64,000 bases of DNA, taken from NCBI GenBank assembly GCA_002269645.1, contig NIVC01003797.1:1-64000 (forward strand), given 5' to 3'. Shown in pieces: positions 37,626 to 49,100 of the stretch. Position 1 is the first letter of the stretch; each line of letters starts with the position of its first letter. The notes beneath the pieces were generated by a model that was not told the origin of the DNA, ran no database searches, and was given only the letters and a program-made list of their open reading frames with translations. The DNA is from Macrostomum lignano. Its lineage: Eukaryota. The translations under genes were made by a program, and so were the position numbers.

Positions 37626-38927
37626 GATGTTGGCTTTGGACCGGATTAGGGCATGCAATAAGCAATACTTTTAGCTACAGGAGCAGTTGATTTTTTTACA
37701 GGTGTTAAACCTGTATTTTTTAGATTTTCGATGTTTTGCTAGGCGCCCTAAATTAACATTTGTCAACTTTTAAACAGCCTTCAATTTAAGTGGATATAAT
37801 GTAGAGTCATAGATTCAGAGCATTGGATAGCATCATTATTAGAGACAAAAGGGCTGTGTGCACCCCAGTAAACTTTAATTGACATTGAAACCAGCAAGAG
37901 ACATGACTGCCCATTCTGCCAACTCCCTTGAGCAGGCACACAAGGATGCAGATGTGAACTCAATCAGATGCACAGGCGTACATACAAGAATATACATAGG
38001 GACCCTAAATTTATTTTTCATAAGGCAAATACATTTCACTGTGCATTGGGATTGACCCTCAAAGGGCAATAATTGTACAAGCAGACCCAAGCTAGGATTC
38101 TAATTTAACCCTGAATATAAGGTTTAATTTACCTATCAAGAGTAAATTTATTTAAATCAAAGTTAGTTTTTAAGTATATTTATAATTGTTAAAAATAGAA
38201 TTAACCATTTAGTATTTACTTTAGTTCCATAAACTATTTGCAAAACTAAAGTAGTAACAATTCTATCTCAACCAATACCATTCATTATACACATGCAATT
38301 CTCAGAGATTATATTAGCTATACAACTTGGCTTGGAAATGTAAGTTACTTTTGCAACTTTCTAAAAGTGACTTTCTAAAAATATTTAAAATAGTTATAAA
38401 TATACTATAAAGATTTTTCATCTTTTTCATCTTTTTTTTCATAAGATATTGCATGTCATATAGAGTTATATTGAGATGTCATTAATTTATATATATATAT
38501 ATATATAATATTGATTGATTGCAATATTCCAAAGAAATATAATATATTATATAAGATAAAAATAACTTAATAAAAATATAAATTTTGAGACATGTTTTGA
38601 GACAATAAAAGCTCAATAATATAGAGGTAAAGTTTGCAATTTAATATGATCAAATAGCTATTATAGAACCTAAACATTGATATGGGCTTTGGCCTTATGC
38701 ATGATAGCATGATAATAAAAAATTGTTGTCTCTATAGCAAAGTTTATTAAATAAAAAATTAGTATTATATAAAGATGTATAGAACATATTATTTTTAATT
38801 ATCATAAGTAAAATTTAAGTTATTATTTAATTTATTATATATAATTTTATTATACTTTCAAAGATGCAATTTTTGAAAAAAAACATGTAATTTTAACACG
38901 TAACAAAGTCCTAAGAAGTCTAATACC

Positions 38928-39719
38928 ATATGGCTCATTCCATATAAGATAGACATATTTGGAAAATAGAAAAAAGTCAATATTTTTGCTTGCCATTGCC
39001 TAATTAGCCTATTTTTTACCAAATGTTTATATTGTGCAATATATACAATCTAAGAATAAAGGAATGGTAAAATGTTGGATTAGTATGTTATCAATTGGCA
39101 AAAAGTCATTTTTGTAAAAATTTGGACATTTTTCGAAGCAAAAGACATCATTAAGATTTTGTACCTTTTAAAAACAAATAGAAAGCTTTTGAAGGTTGAA
39201 ACAAACTATAGATAAAAGTATAGTACTTGCATCATCAGATAAAAGCATTGGTGACCAAATAATCTATTATATTTTTAATGTATTAGTACCTCAAAGTTAC
39301 TGAATTGACAGAAAAAATATGTTACGACCATAATGTTACGACCATAAGGCTGCCTTTTCTTTTGTATCTTTGTTGACTTTTGAGTTTATATATTCTAATA
39401 AAAGAGTATGATTTCTAAAGATGTTTTTAGTCAAATTTTAAAAATGTATTGCAAAATATCAAAAATGAAAAATGTTATAAGACTTTTACCTTTTAGTTTC
39501 TATATGTCAAAAATCCTGTCGTTACGACCATAAGTGTCATTTAAGGTTTAATAGCATCTATACTAATGATGATATCTATATGAAACTCTATAAATATATT
39601 CTAGACAAAATAATCTTTCATTTAAAATATTGGTTTAGTATATTCTATTATTAGATTTCATTTTATAAGTAAAAATAACCTGTCATGTTATGACCATGCT
39701 TATATGGAATGAGCCATAT
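38928..39719. mobile_element. MITE, about 790 bp, AT-rich, perfect 21-bp terminal inverted repeat
   Basis: ATATGGCTCATTCCATATAAG at 38928-38948 and its exact reverse complement at 39699-39719. The 2-bp TSD reads either AT (GG..CC termini) or TA. Internal repeated motif GTTACGACCATA. Confidence 0.88.
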
Positions 39720-39752
39720 ACATAGCATACATTAAGGAGTTAGTGAAAATTT

Positions 39753-41495
39753 TTGGCTTATGCTATCGACATAGATCTGGAAAAGTTGGGAAGAGAGACA
39801 GAGAGAGAGGAAGCGGAGTTTAGGGATGAAATGGCTAGGTTTATGGAGGAGGTGCAACTACATGAAGAAGGGGTTAGTCCCATCAATGGACCAGAAGAAC
39901 CAATTGAGTACCTACCCGCGCCTCAGCCAAAGGAAGGTCAGCCTAGGCCAACAGAAGATCTGAGTGGTAGCATCGACCACGGGACGTTTCTGAGGGCAGA
40001 CACCAATGAGGCACAGCTCCCGGAAGACAACCCAGTTGAGTCACAACTGAGCCCTTGCGAACGAGAGGCCAAATTCCATAGGTGCCGGCAGGCTCTAAAG
40101 CGAAAAATCCTACAGACAGGCAAGACTAGTCACTTTGAACAGAACTTGCCGGACACCTGCGTCTTGTTTCTAAGTATGGCTACCAAGGAGGAATCGATCA
40201 AGTACCTTGAGATCGCTTGCAGTTATTGCCTGCAATATGCAGAAGGCAAGGCACAAGGACCAGTGAGCATGCGAGCCACCACCAAGCTACTGGAGTACCT
40301 GGCCAAACAATTCGACCCTTGTAGCGGACACATGTACTTTTGACAGAGCCAGCCACTGCTGCTCAAACTGTCTATGGCCCAAATAAACTCGAGCCGTAAA
40401 AGACCCAGCCGCAGCACTTTATTAAAAGACAAGCGGTCTTCATCTCGCCGAACGCGAGCCGCTTCAGTGGTGAGCTCGACTATACTCAGCCGTAGCTGAG
40501 TATTTTAAGCTTTTTGCCTGCTGCCTCGTCACAGTTTTTGCCACCAGGTTTTCCAAGTCCAGCCAAAGCCATCGGCCACCTCGATCCCTGCATCCGGCTC
40601 AGCGCTTCTGACTGGAGCCACATCAAAGTGACCATGACTGATTCCTGGTCACTGCGGTTATGCAGTAGGTGAGCAGTGCACTCCGGGTAAGGGGCTCTCG
40701 CCTGCCAAAGTTTGCTTGCAATGCCCCACCCGACGCTGCGACGTCGATGCGGCTCACCTCGGCAACGCCTTGTCCTAGCAGCACAGGCGGACATGTTGGA
40801 CGAAGCATCGGTGCACTTTTCTGCGCTGCAGGCCCTATCACGCTACCGACGGATCACCACAATGCATACGTACCAGCAGCATCATCATCAGCACAACCAT
40901 CCACTGCTGCCGCTGCCCTCGGCCTCGAGGATGCTGGTGCCTATGACCTCAACTGGCCCACAACGCCACCGGCCCACAGCTCGATCTATCAGCAGCGAAG
41001 TGCTCACACTTTTGGACAGTCCCTGAACACCCGCCATCGAGCCAGCCTCTGCACGCTTTCGATTTCTGTGCTACTAACAGTTTCACATTACCAATTTAGA
41101 CGCCCCAACCCGGTCATCCACTGCCAGTGACCCTTTTCTAACCCAGTCGTTTCCATTGCGTTAGTGGCAAAGTTGCAGCCGACCCAGCCATTTGCCACAG
41201 CAGCTGAGCTCCCAACTAGCACAATGCAAGAGCAACATAGTCTGGCTCTGGGGGGAGTTGTGTAGCGGACACATATACTTTTGACAGAGCCAGCCACTGC
41301 TGCTCAAACTGTCTATGGCCCAAATAAACTTGAGCCGTAAAAGACCCAGCTGCAGCACTTTATTAAAATACAAGCGGTCTTCATCTCGCCGAACACAAGC
41401 CGCTTCACCCTAGCCGTAAAATGATACCCATCAATGGGCTACTATATCTATCAACACAAAATATGAATAACCTATGTCCAGTGCATACTGATTAA
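39753..41495 (+). pseudogene. Orphan ORF of unknown function interrupted by the LTR element (about 190 codons before the insertion plus 27 after)
   Basis: Removing 40320-41411 joins ...AKQFDP to SRKMIPINGLLYLSTQNMNNLCPVHTD and a stop in frame. No family recognised; the start codon is uncertain. Confidence 0.5.
40320..41407 (+). mobile_element. Complete non-autonomous LTR retroelement (TRIM-like or internally deleted Ty3/Gypsy-like), 1088 bp
   Basis: 147-bp LTRs at 40320-40466 and 41261-41407 with TG..CA termini and 6 mismatches. PBS-like TGGTGAGCTCGAC 1 nt after the 5' LTR; PPT GGGGGGAG at 41250-41257; 4-bp TSD CCCT; AATAAA inside the LTR. Confidence 0.93.
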
Positions 41496-42529
41496 CAAAC
41501 TCAGTAACAGCCTTTTATACATCTGATTTTCTTTTACCATCTTTTGGAGCAAAACATTGCTGCCTTAATATGCATTTTTTGTTAGTAGTGTTCTGTTAGT
41601 ATATCCATTTAAGATCATTGTGCAACTATAATACTGTTCATATTGTCTTTTCCTTTTTTCTCTTTTGCATGCGCCAAACATCTCACCTACCAAATGCAAT
41701 CATGCACCATTGCTTCTCTTCTTTAATACAAGTAGTATGCGTATTACAAAATTCATTAGTACCCATAAACCTTATATCAATACAATCATTATGCCAACTC
41801 TATATTCATGCAACCATATTTAGCCAACTATGCCATATCCAGCAGCTTGTCACAACTAATATTCTGATAAATAAATATGATTATCAATGTACAAAAGGGG
41901 GTTTTGAACATTTTTGTAGCAAGGGGGAGGTGTAATAAGGCATTATTTTAGGAATGGGAATTAGTTGTGGGGAAATATGCTTTTTGCCTACTATCAGTAG
42001 TTTTAACCTGGGGAAATAATTAGAGCAGGGGTAAATCACTATTTTGGGGGTTTCTTTAGAACTACAGAGCAGTTGGGCTCTTGGGAAAGTATCTCCTGTG
42101 TGTCTTGCATTGCAACATTTCTAATAACAAGGAATTTGGTAAGAAAAGGGAAATAAAAGGGGGAAAACTAAAACTAGGATTGCACAAGAGGAGTCTCACC
42201 TCTAAACTAATTGGAGTCTTGCCCAAGCACGTAGGAAACAATAGTTAAATGTAAATCAACCTTTTATACATTAGGCATTTTATTATTATCCGCTTATTAT
42301 TAAAACTTGTGTTACTAGAAATCTCATTGGTGTCTTGACTCAATTCTTTAAATCTAAATACCAGAATTAGAGAAAGCAGGAACCTGGTGGCAATGAACTA
42401 CCAAAATTTAAAACCAGTAAAATCCACTAGTAAAAAATCCTTAGCACAGAAACCAGTAGCCTAAATCGAAGGTACAATGCGTATTCCAAATGTATCACTA
42501 TCAAACATAAGAGCCAATATGTGATATGG

Positions 42530-44561
42530 TTAACAGTAACACGACGGATGGCCTGCATAGCAGGCCATGGAGCCTTTCCACTCAAAACGGTTCTTTATGC
42601 CGAGCAGTCTGTGGGTAAATTGATGTCAACTCAAGCTCGCTATTCCAGACTGCTAATTCTGCTGAGCCGAACGATTGACCATAGATATCTGTGTGGCACT
42701 GCAGTTAAGGACTGATGACCTGCATGGCAGGCCATCCGCTAATTCAGCAGAAGCAAAGACACGGTATTACGGTGTGGTTCAGATAATTTTATTTATGGAA
42801 GAGAACAAACCGTTATTAAAGTGAATATGTTTTACTTCTTACTCAATCTGACAAATAGCAAAAATAACCCGCGGTTTCAACAAGAAGAACTTTACAAATT
42901 TGTTAAAATACGAGTACGCCGAGGCTTCAACAGAAATGAGTAGAAACGAGTAGAAACTTTCAGGAATTTACCACGTCAATTACTGAGAAGAAAACTGTTG
43001 ATTAATAAGTTCAATGGGCCTAAGTACAGGGATATAATTTATCATAACATCAAAATATAAAAGAGATTTATACACGAAAGCAATTGAATCCACATATAGA
43101 GTTAATTCAATTGTGCTATATTCGATTTATTTATTAATTTGCCAATGCATTTGTTCCACAATGGACATCTTCAGGGATTCATTAATACTCGTAATTTAAT
43201 AGTCAGAAAACGATTCGGCACAATTGAATTTATTTTATATGTTGATTCTCGCTTTCGTTTATCTACTTTTTTTCAAGCGAGCTACTTTACCTAAAAGCGA
43301 TTTAAACAACAGATTATAGCAGAAATTTCAACTCAATGTATCAAGTTTTTTAATGTGAGTTAGAATTAACAAAGGCAGAATTAGTTCTACGTGTGCCACT
43401 CACGAAAGCATTCACCAATGCACAGTCCGGGTGACCCTTGGCAGCTGGAGCAGACAAAGACTGTCTTTTTCTGAACACCATTTTGCCAGCAGACTCTGCA
43501 TCTTTTGGCAGGTCTTTCTTGAGCTGCTGTCGCTGGGAGACGTTGAGCGTAGTGGCCATTGTTCTGCTGTGCCGGTTAATTCACAGGAGCAGCCCGTTTT
43601 CTGCCAGTACCAGAGTTGACCATCAGCTGACGTGTGTGTGCGCAGAAATGAAAGAAATTTAGCGGACCCACCAGCCTTCGAATACAAAATCCAGCAATTG
43701 TGTACTCCCTGAAGTAGCAGGTGAAAACCTAGGCGGTGAAACCAACGGTAAGTCTTACGACAGGCCAAGTACGGCTGTAGAGAACCATCCAGCCTGTCCA
43801 CTCCGCCCATGTTCTTGGAGTAAACAAAAGCTGTGCTGTCCTCCACTTTGCTTTTTATCAACAAGCTTCACAGCAAGCAGGCCCTCTTTTCGAGCAAATG
43901 CACATGAGTTGGCAGGAAGAGCCAGCTGCCGTAGACAGTCGGGGATCCCGCGATCTTGTTGAACTGTGCCCGTCAGAAATGTGGATTTAGACAGCAGGAA
44001 CTCGGCCAGTCAAGCCGAAGTAAACCAGCTGTCCGTGAACAGGTGGTAGCCAAGGTTTAAAGTCTGGCTGCTCAACTCAACCACAATGCGCTTGCTGATA
44101 GAAAGGTGGTCACACTCCAGCCCTTGTCCAAATTTCCTGTTTTCCGCATCTGTACTGTGGATTAAAAAGTTCCACATGTACCCTGTCTGGGATCACTTAG
44201 ACAGTACATTTTGATGCCAAACTTGTTTCGCTTGCTTGCAGGTATGTACTGACGAAAAATCAGGCGTCCTTTGTACAGCACTAGCGATTCGTCAATGCAG
44301 ATAACTTTAAAGTTATTCAACCTGTCAACGCAGTGACAACTCCAGTACAATTTTTCAGTCAGGAGCTGTGACACTGAGTACAAACACGCCCATAGACAAT
44401 ATCGTAGTTGCCTGCAGCCATGGCCTGCATAGCAGGCCATCCGTCTTTAAGTGAGGAGATCAGAAGGTTTACAAAACTTAGAAAATTTTCTATGGCCTGC
44501 TATGCAGGCCACCCGTTCGCAATTGAGATGATATGTTTTCAATTCGTCAGGAAGAGGTTAA
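42530..44561 (-). mobile_element. Degenerate piggyBac-like element; transposase remnant about 43400-44350 with stops and frameshifts
   Basis: IDESLVLYKGRLIFRQYIP..K..KFGIK, GYHLFTDSWFTS..L, TGT and YSKNMGGVDRLD..L are piggyBac/PGBD4-type DDD motifs. TTAA at 42530 and 44558 are tentative ends. Confidence 0.85.
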
Positions 44562-46088
44562 ATTTAAAATTTATGTGATTTTTTATTTTCAAGTGGTAGT
44601 GAATATATTAAGATAATACTAAAATATAGAATAGAAAATGCATTTTAGCATTGAATAAAATGAAATAAATTTATTTAAGTTATACAATATAAACACTTTG
44701 ATAAATATGATAATCAAGAAATATTATAGTTTTTTGGTTTATATGCTGAGTGCAATCCATTTAAAATTAAGTTTTAAATAAAATATTTTATTGGACCCTA
44801 TTTTCCCCTGCCCCCTAGTCTATGGACAAACATTATATACTTAAAATAACCCTCCCACATAGTATACAAGGAAAAAATTCTCATATACATTATTTAGGAT
44901 CATGTAATATATGCTCAAAATTCTGTATTTACATTGGCCTAGCATGGCAAAAGTTTGCTATGAGATCTTTTCTTAAGATTCTTAAAGTTGTAAGTAGAAA
45001 AATGTGAATAAGTTCATTTTTAAGCATAAATTCAAGCCTTCTAGTTGTTTTAAACTTGTAAAAGTGCATTTTATCAAATCTTTATACTTATTAACTTTGT
45101 TATAAATTTTATAGCCAAACTCAAAGTTAAATTATAAACCATAAATTTTTCTAACCCTAAATTAGTTTTAAGATATATTTGTTTTTTGTGCATTTATATT
45201 TCCACTGACTAGTATAGCACATTATTCATTTTTAGCTGGCATGCACTTGTAATTGTTCCATTTTTATTTAGGCATGCACCTAGCATGATCTAGACTATGG
45301 CATGGGGCTTATAGGACTATCCTTGGGACTATGGTTATATAGAATATTATGAGGCTTATAAGTTGTAACTAAAATTATAATTTATTATACTACTATAGAT
45401 ATCAATGCTTTTTGGTACCGAGCATTTTGTACCTTAGTTTGCTTTTGGTGCCTAAATTATAAATTAAAATTAAACACAAAATAGAAAATAAGCTTGCAAG
45501 TTAAATAATAAGTGCTTTGTAGTAGCTATCTTTACTTAAAATAGCTAAGGTATTACTTATTTTGTTAAGCTGACTTGCTATTTTAATTTTTTGCAAGTCT
45601 CATTTCTTTAAAAAAATTGTCTTAATTTCTTAAGAAATAAAATATGGGCATGTGACTCAAGAAATCAATATTTAAATAAGATTGTTAGATTTCATAATTT
45701 TGATCAAAACTAGGAAAATTAGGAAAATAGTTTTTTAATATAGAGTATTTATTACTATAGTCAGAAAGGTGTCTTATGTTCCAAAATTTTCTGGCATACA
45801 TAGCCATTTATAACTCTTTGGTATGCACATGTGGGATGCTTGAATCTCAAAAAGTTGTGTTTGGCATACAAAAAGTAGTATATAAAGCTATTTGAAAAAA
45901 GGTGCAAGTTCTTAGTACAAGTTTTTGCATAAGGTGCAATTTAAAATTTTTATCTTCAACTTTCTGAAACAAAAAATATAACAATTTGAAGAAAAAGGCA
46001 GTGGCAGTTAAGAGGTGATTTAATTGTACAAATAAAAAAAATAATTGAATAGGCCTATGTTAAAAAATTCTCAACTTTGCAGGCAGCA

Positions 46089-47450
46089 ATGGATAACTTT
46101 AAATCCTATGCACTAACTTGCTTTAAACTAAAGATCATTGTCGCTAATTGTTACCAAGAACTTTTTGCTACACATAGGGAGGATGCACCTAACAAAGCAA
46201 CAATCTATTGTTACTACAAGCAATTCCAAGATCTTCCTACAGATGTCAGCAAGAGCAACTGAGCAAATGTGAAAATGACAATACTAGAGGTGATCGAGCT
46301 AATGCAAGAACTTGTGCAGGAAGACAGCAGGACAAGTGTGCAAGACTAGCAAGAGTTAGCTAAACTAGTTAGAAATTGGTTAAGACAAGCATACAAAAAT
46401 CCTCACCAAGAATCTTGGCCTGCAAAATATGGCAGCTGTCAAGGTGCCGCACCAGCTGAGCAAAGAACAAAAGGCTATTTGTGTGCAATGTGCAAGTAGA
46501 ATTCACTCTATCTTCTACTAAGAAGGAATCTAGGCAATGATGGAAAAACTGATCATAGTTGATACAACCTGGATGCCATTCTATGACAGGTGCCAAAGCA
46601 GAATAATTGTTGCTAGTTGGCAATTGGTGATCACTATCCTTATGTTGTGCAATAGCAAGTTAGTGCTTACAAGACAATTACAAAAGAAAGTGGAATTCAT
46701 TCCAAACAAGCAATTTTCTATTATGCCACAGCCTTACATAAGACAATTGATAATAAGTGACATACATGCGCAACAGTTGGCCAAGTCAGCCAATCTGGCC
46801 AACCAATTTAGCCACCAACCAAGGTAAGTTGCAAAAAATGCCCAGCCAAAAGAATAGACATAGTACTAATTAGATGACAAAGCATTTAGCCCTTATAAGA
46901 AAGTCATAGTTACTCCTGCCGTTTACCCAAAATTGCATTAATTTTGCTTTAGGGTTTCTTTTATAGGTAAGTGACATTTTTGGCAAAAAACTACATTGCA
47001 TTTTTTGTTAAAACAAAGTTGCACAGCTGACTGAATTTTGGAGGTTGCGCATGTATAGTAAGTGAATTGTCCAATTTGTGAAATGAACAAGCAATTTGTA
47101 GCACTGCTTGCATTTGAAGCTGATCTACCTGAATGAAGTTCTATGGCAATAGCACAATGCCCAACTGCATACAAGCAGGACTATATAAGACTAATTTGAA
47201 TTTTTAAAAAGAGGAGCATTTGAACATTGCTTCAAAGTCCATATAGTCTAGCCTTGTGCAATCACTTTCTATTTAGCTATATAAAGAATGACCTATGCCA
47301 TAGACAATTTGTTGACCAATCTAAGGTTGAGGTAGCCACATTATATTAGGCAAAGAGCCTAGACAAAAATGCACTTGCCATCAAAGTGCATAAGTTTCTA
47401 GAACATTGCAATGCTGTCATCAGTACTGGGAAATGCTATGTTATATTATA
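46089..47450 (+). pseudogene. Fossil mariner (Tc1/mariner) transposase, multiply disrupted
   Basis: Read across frames: HTH region CFKLK..A.CY..L.......A.NKATIY.YYKQFQ; NLGL....VKVPHQLSKEQK (WVPxxL-like); LIIVDTTWMPFYD (TGDETW-like); HNAQLHTS (HDNAxxH-like); QSPYSLAL.NHFLFSYIKNDL..RQF (PYSPDLAP-like). Confidence 0.8.
46762..47056. mobile_element. 295-bp MITE nested in the mariner fossil; a second, diverged inverted copy lies at about 48411-48697
   Basis: Perfect 13-bp TIR ATACATGCGCAAC / GTTGCGCATGTAT, consistent with a TA target. The internal sequence aligns by eye with the reverse complement of 48411-48690. Confidence 0.82.
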
Positions 47451-47864
47451 GACTGATGCAGTTTCACTATCAGTGAATCACTAGTTTTTTGGGCTATTTA
47501 CTAAGTTACATGATTATCTAGACAACCAAAGTATAGGCCTATACTAGACACCTTTTTGACAATTGGATTTATTATATTGGTATTAGATTACTTTTTTATT
47601 AGGCCTTTTTATAATTTAAGTACTATAAACTAGGGTAACAAAAAGCAGAGGTACCAAAAAGTATAGATACCTATTAATTCTATTGGTTAGGTTAGGCCCA
47701 AGGTTGCAGATGGTATGCATGCCAGGTTGCGGATAGTATGCATATATGCCAGAAAGTTCTGGCATACAAAATGGCCACCCTAAGTCCTTGGCGTACACAT
47801 TTGGCGTACACAACCCCTGGCAAACTTTGTTGGCGTAGACTATTGGCGTACATAAGTAACACAG

Positions 47865-49100
47865 CCACGCATACTTTTTTGGCATACAAATTTTGGTGAA
47901 TAAATTCATGCCATGCTTGAAAATTGTAATGTAAATTAACGTTTTTATGTAAAGTAACAGAAAATTTGTATTGTCAGTGATAAAATTTTGCTTCTTATGA
48001 AATTAACAATGAATAAAATTAATGTAAATTTTTGCTAAGAGTATCATTTTGCATCATATTTTTTGTAGGTATAATTTAAGTTTGTTTAAATTTAAAATAT
48101 TTTTAATATTTTAAAAACACTTTCATACAAAAGCTTTTCTTAGAAAACTCTATTTGTGAAATCTGTATTACCTTTTTTAGGAATTTTTGGCATACATTTT
48201 AGTGCAACATTTTGTTTTTGGTATACATTGGCATACAAAGTCCTTGATGCCCGAATTTGGTCCAGCATACACGGATACATGATCTGCACACTGGTATGCA
48301 TATATGCCAGAACTTTCTAGAATATAAAATGGTAACCCTAAGTCCTTGGCAATACAACCCCTGCCCTAGCGCACCTTGTTGGCATACACTATTGGTGTAC
48401 ACAAGTAATCATACATGCACAACCTCCAAAATTTGGTCGGCCATGCGACTTAGTTTTAACAAAAATATGACGTAGTTTTTGGCTAAAAATGTGACTTACA
48501 TGTAAAAAACTCTAAAGCAAAATTACCGCAACTTTGGGTAAACTGCAGGAGTAACTATGACTATCTTATTAAGCCAAAATGCCTTGTCAGCTACTTAGTA
48601 CTACTACTTGAGTGTTTTTGGGTAGGCATTTTTGCAACTTCCTTGGTTGGCCGCCAAATCAGTTGGCCAGATCGGCAAGTAATCCAACCACGCATATTTT
48701 TTTGGCATACAAATTTTGGTGAATAAACTCATGCCATGCATGAAAATTGTAATGTAAATTAACATTTTTATGTAAAGTAAAGGAAAATTGATTAGTCTAA
48801 AAAAGTCAATGATAAACTTTTTGCTTCTTAAAAATTAAAAGTAAATAAAATTAATATAAATTTTTGCTAAGAGCATCAATTTTGCATCATTATTTCTGTA
48901 GGTATAATTTAAGTTTGTTTAAAATAAAAATATTTGTAATATTTTTAAAAGACTTTTCATAGGCATACAAAAGCCTTTCTTAGAAAACTCTACACATAAA
49001 AACCAATTGACCTTTTTAGGAGGAAATTTTCTATTTTTGGCATACACTGGCATACATTTAGATGAGCTAGGATTCTTGTTCCAGCATACACTACTACACA
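47865..49100. repeat. Direct duplication of about 400 bp (47865-48260 vs 48688-49100) within a GGCATACAAA-motif repeat family
   Basis: CCACGCATA.TTTTTGGCATACAAATTTTGGTGAATAAA.TCATGCCATGC.TGAAAATTGTAATGTAAATTAAC occurs twice. Confidence 0.85.
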
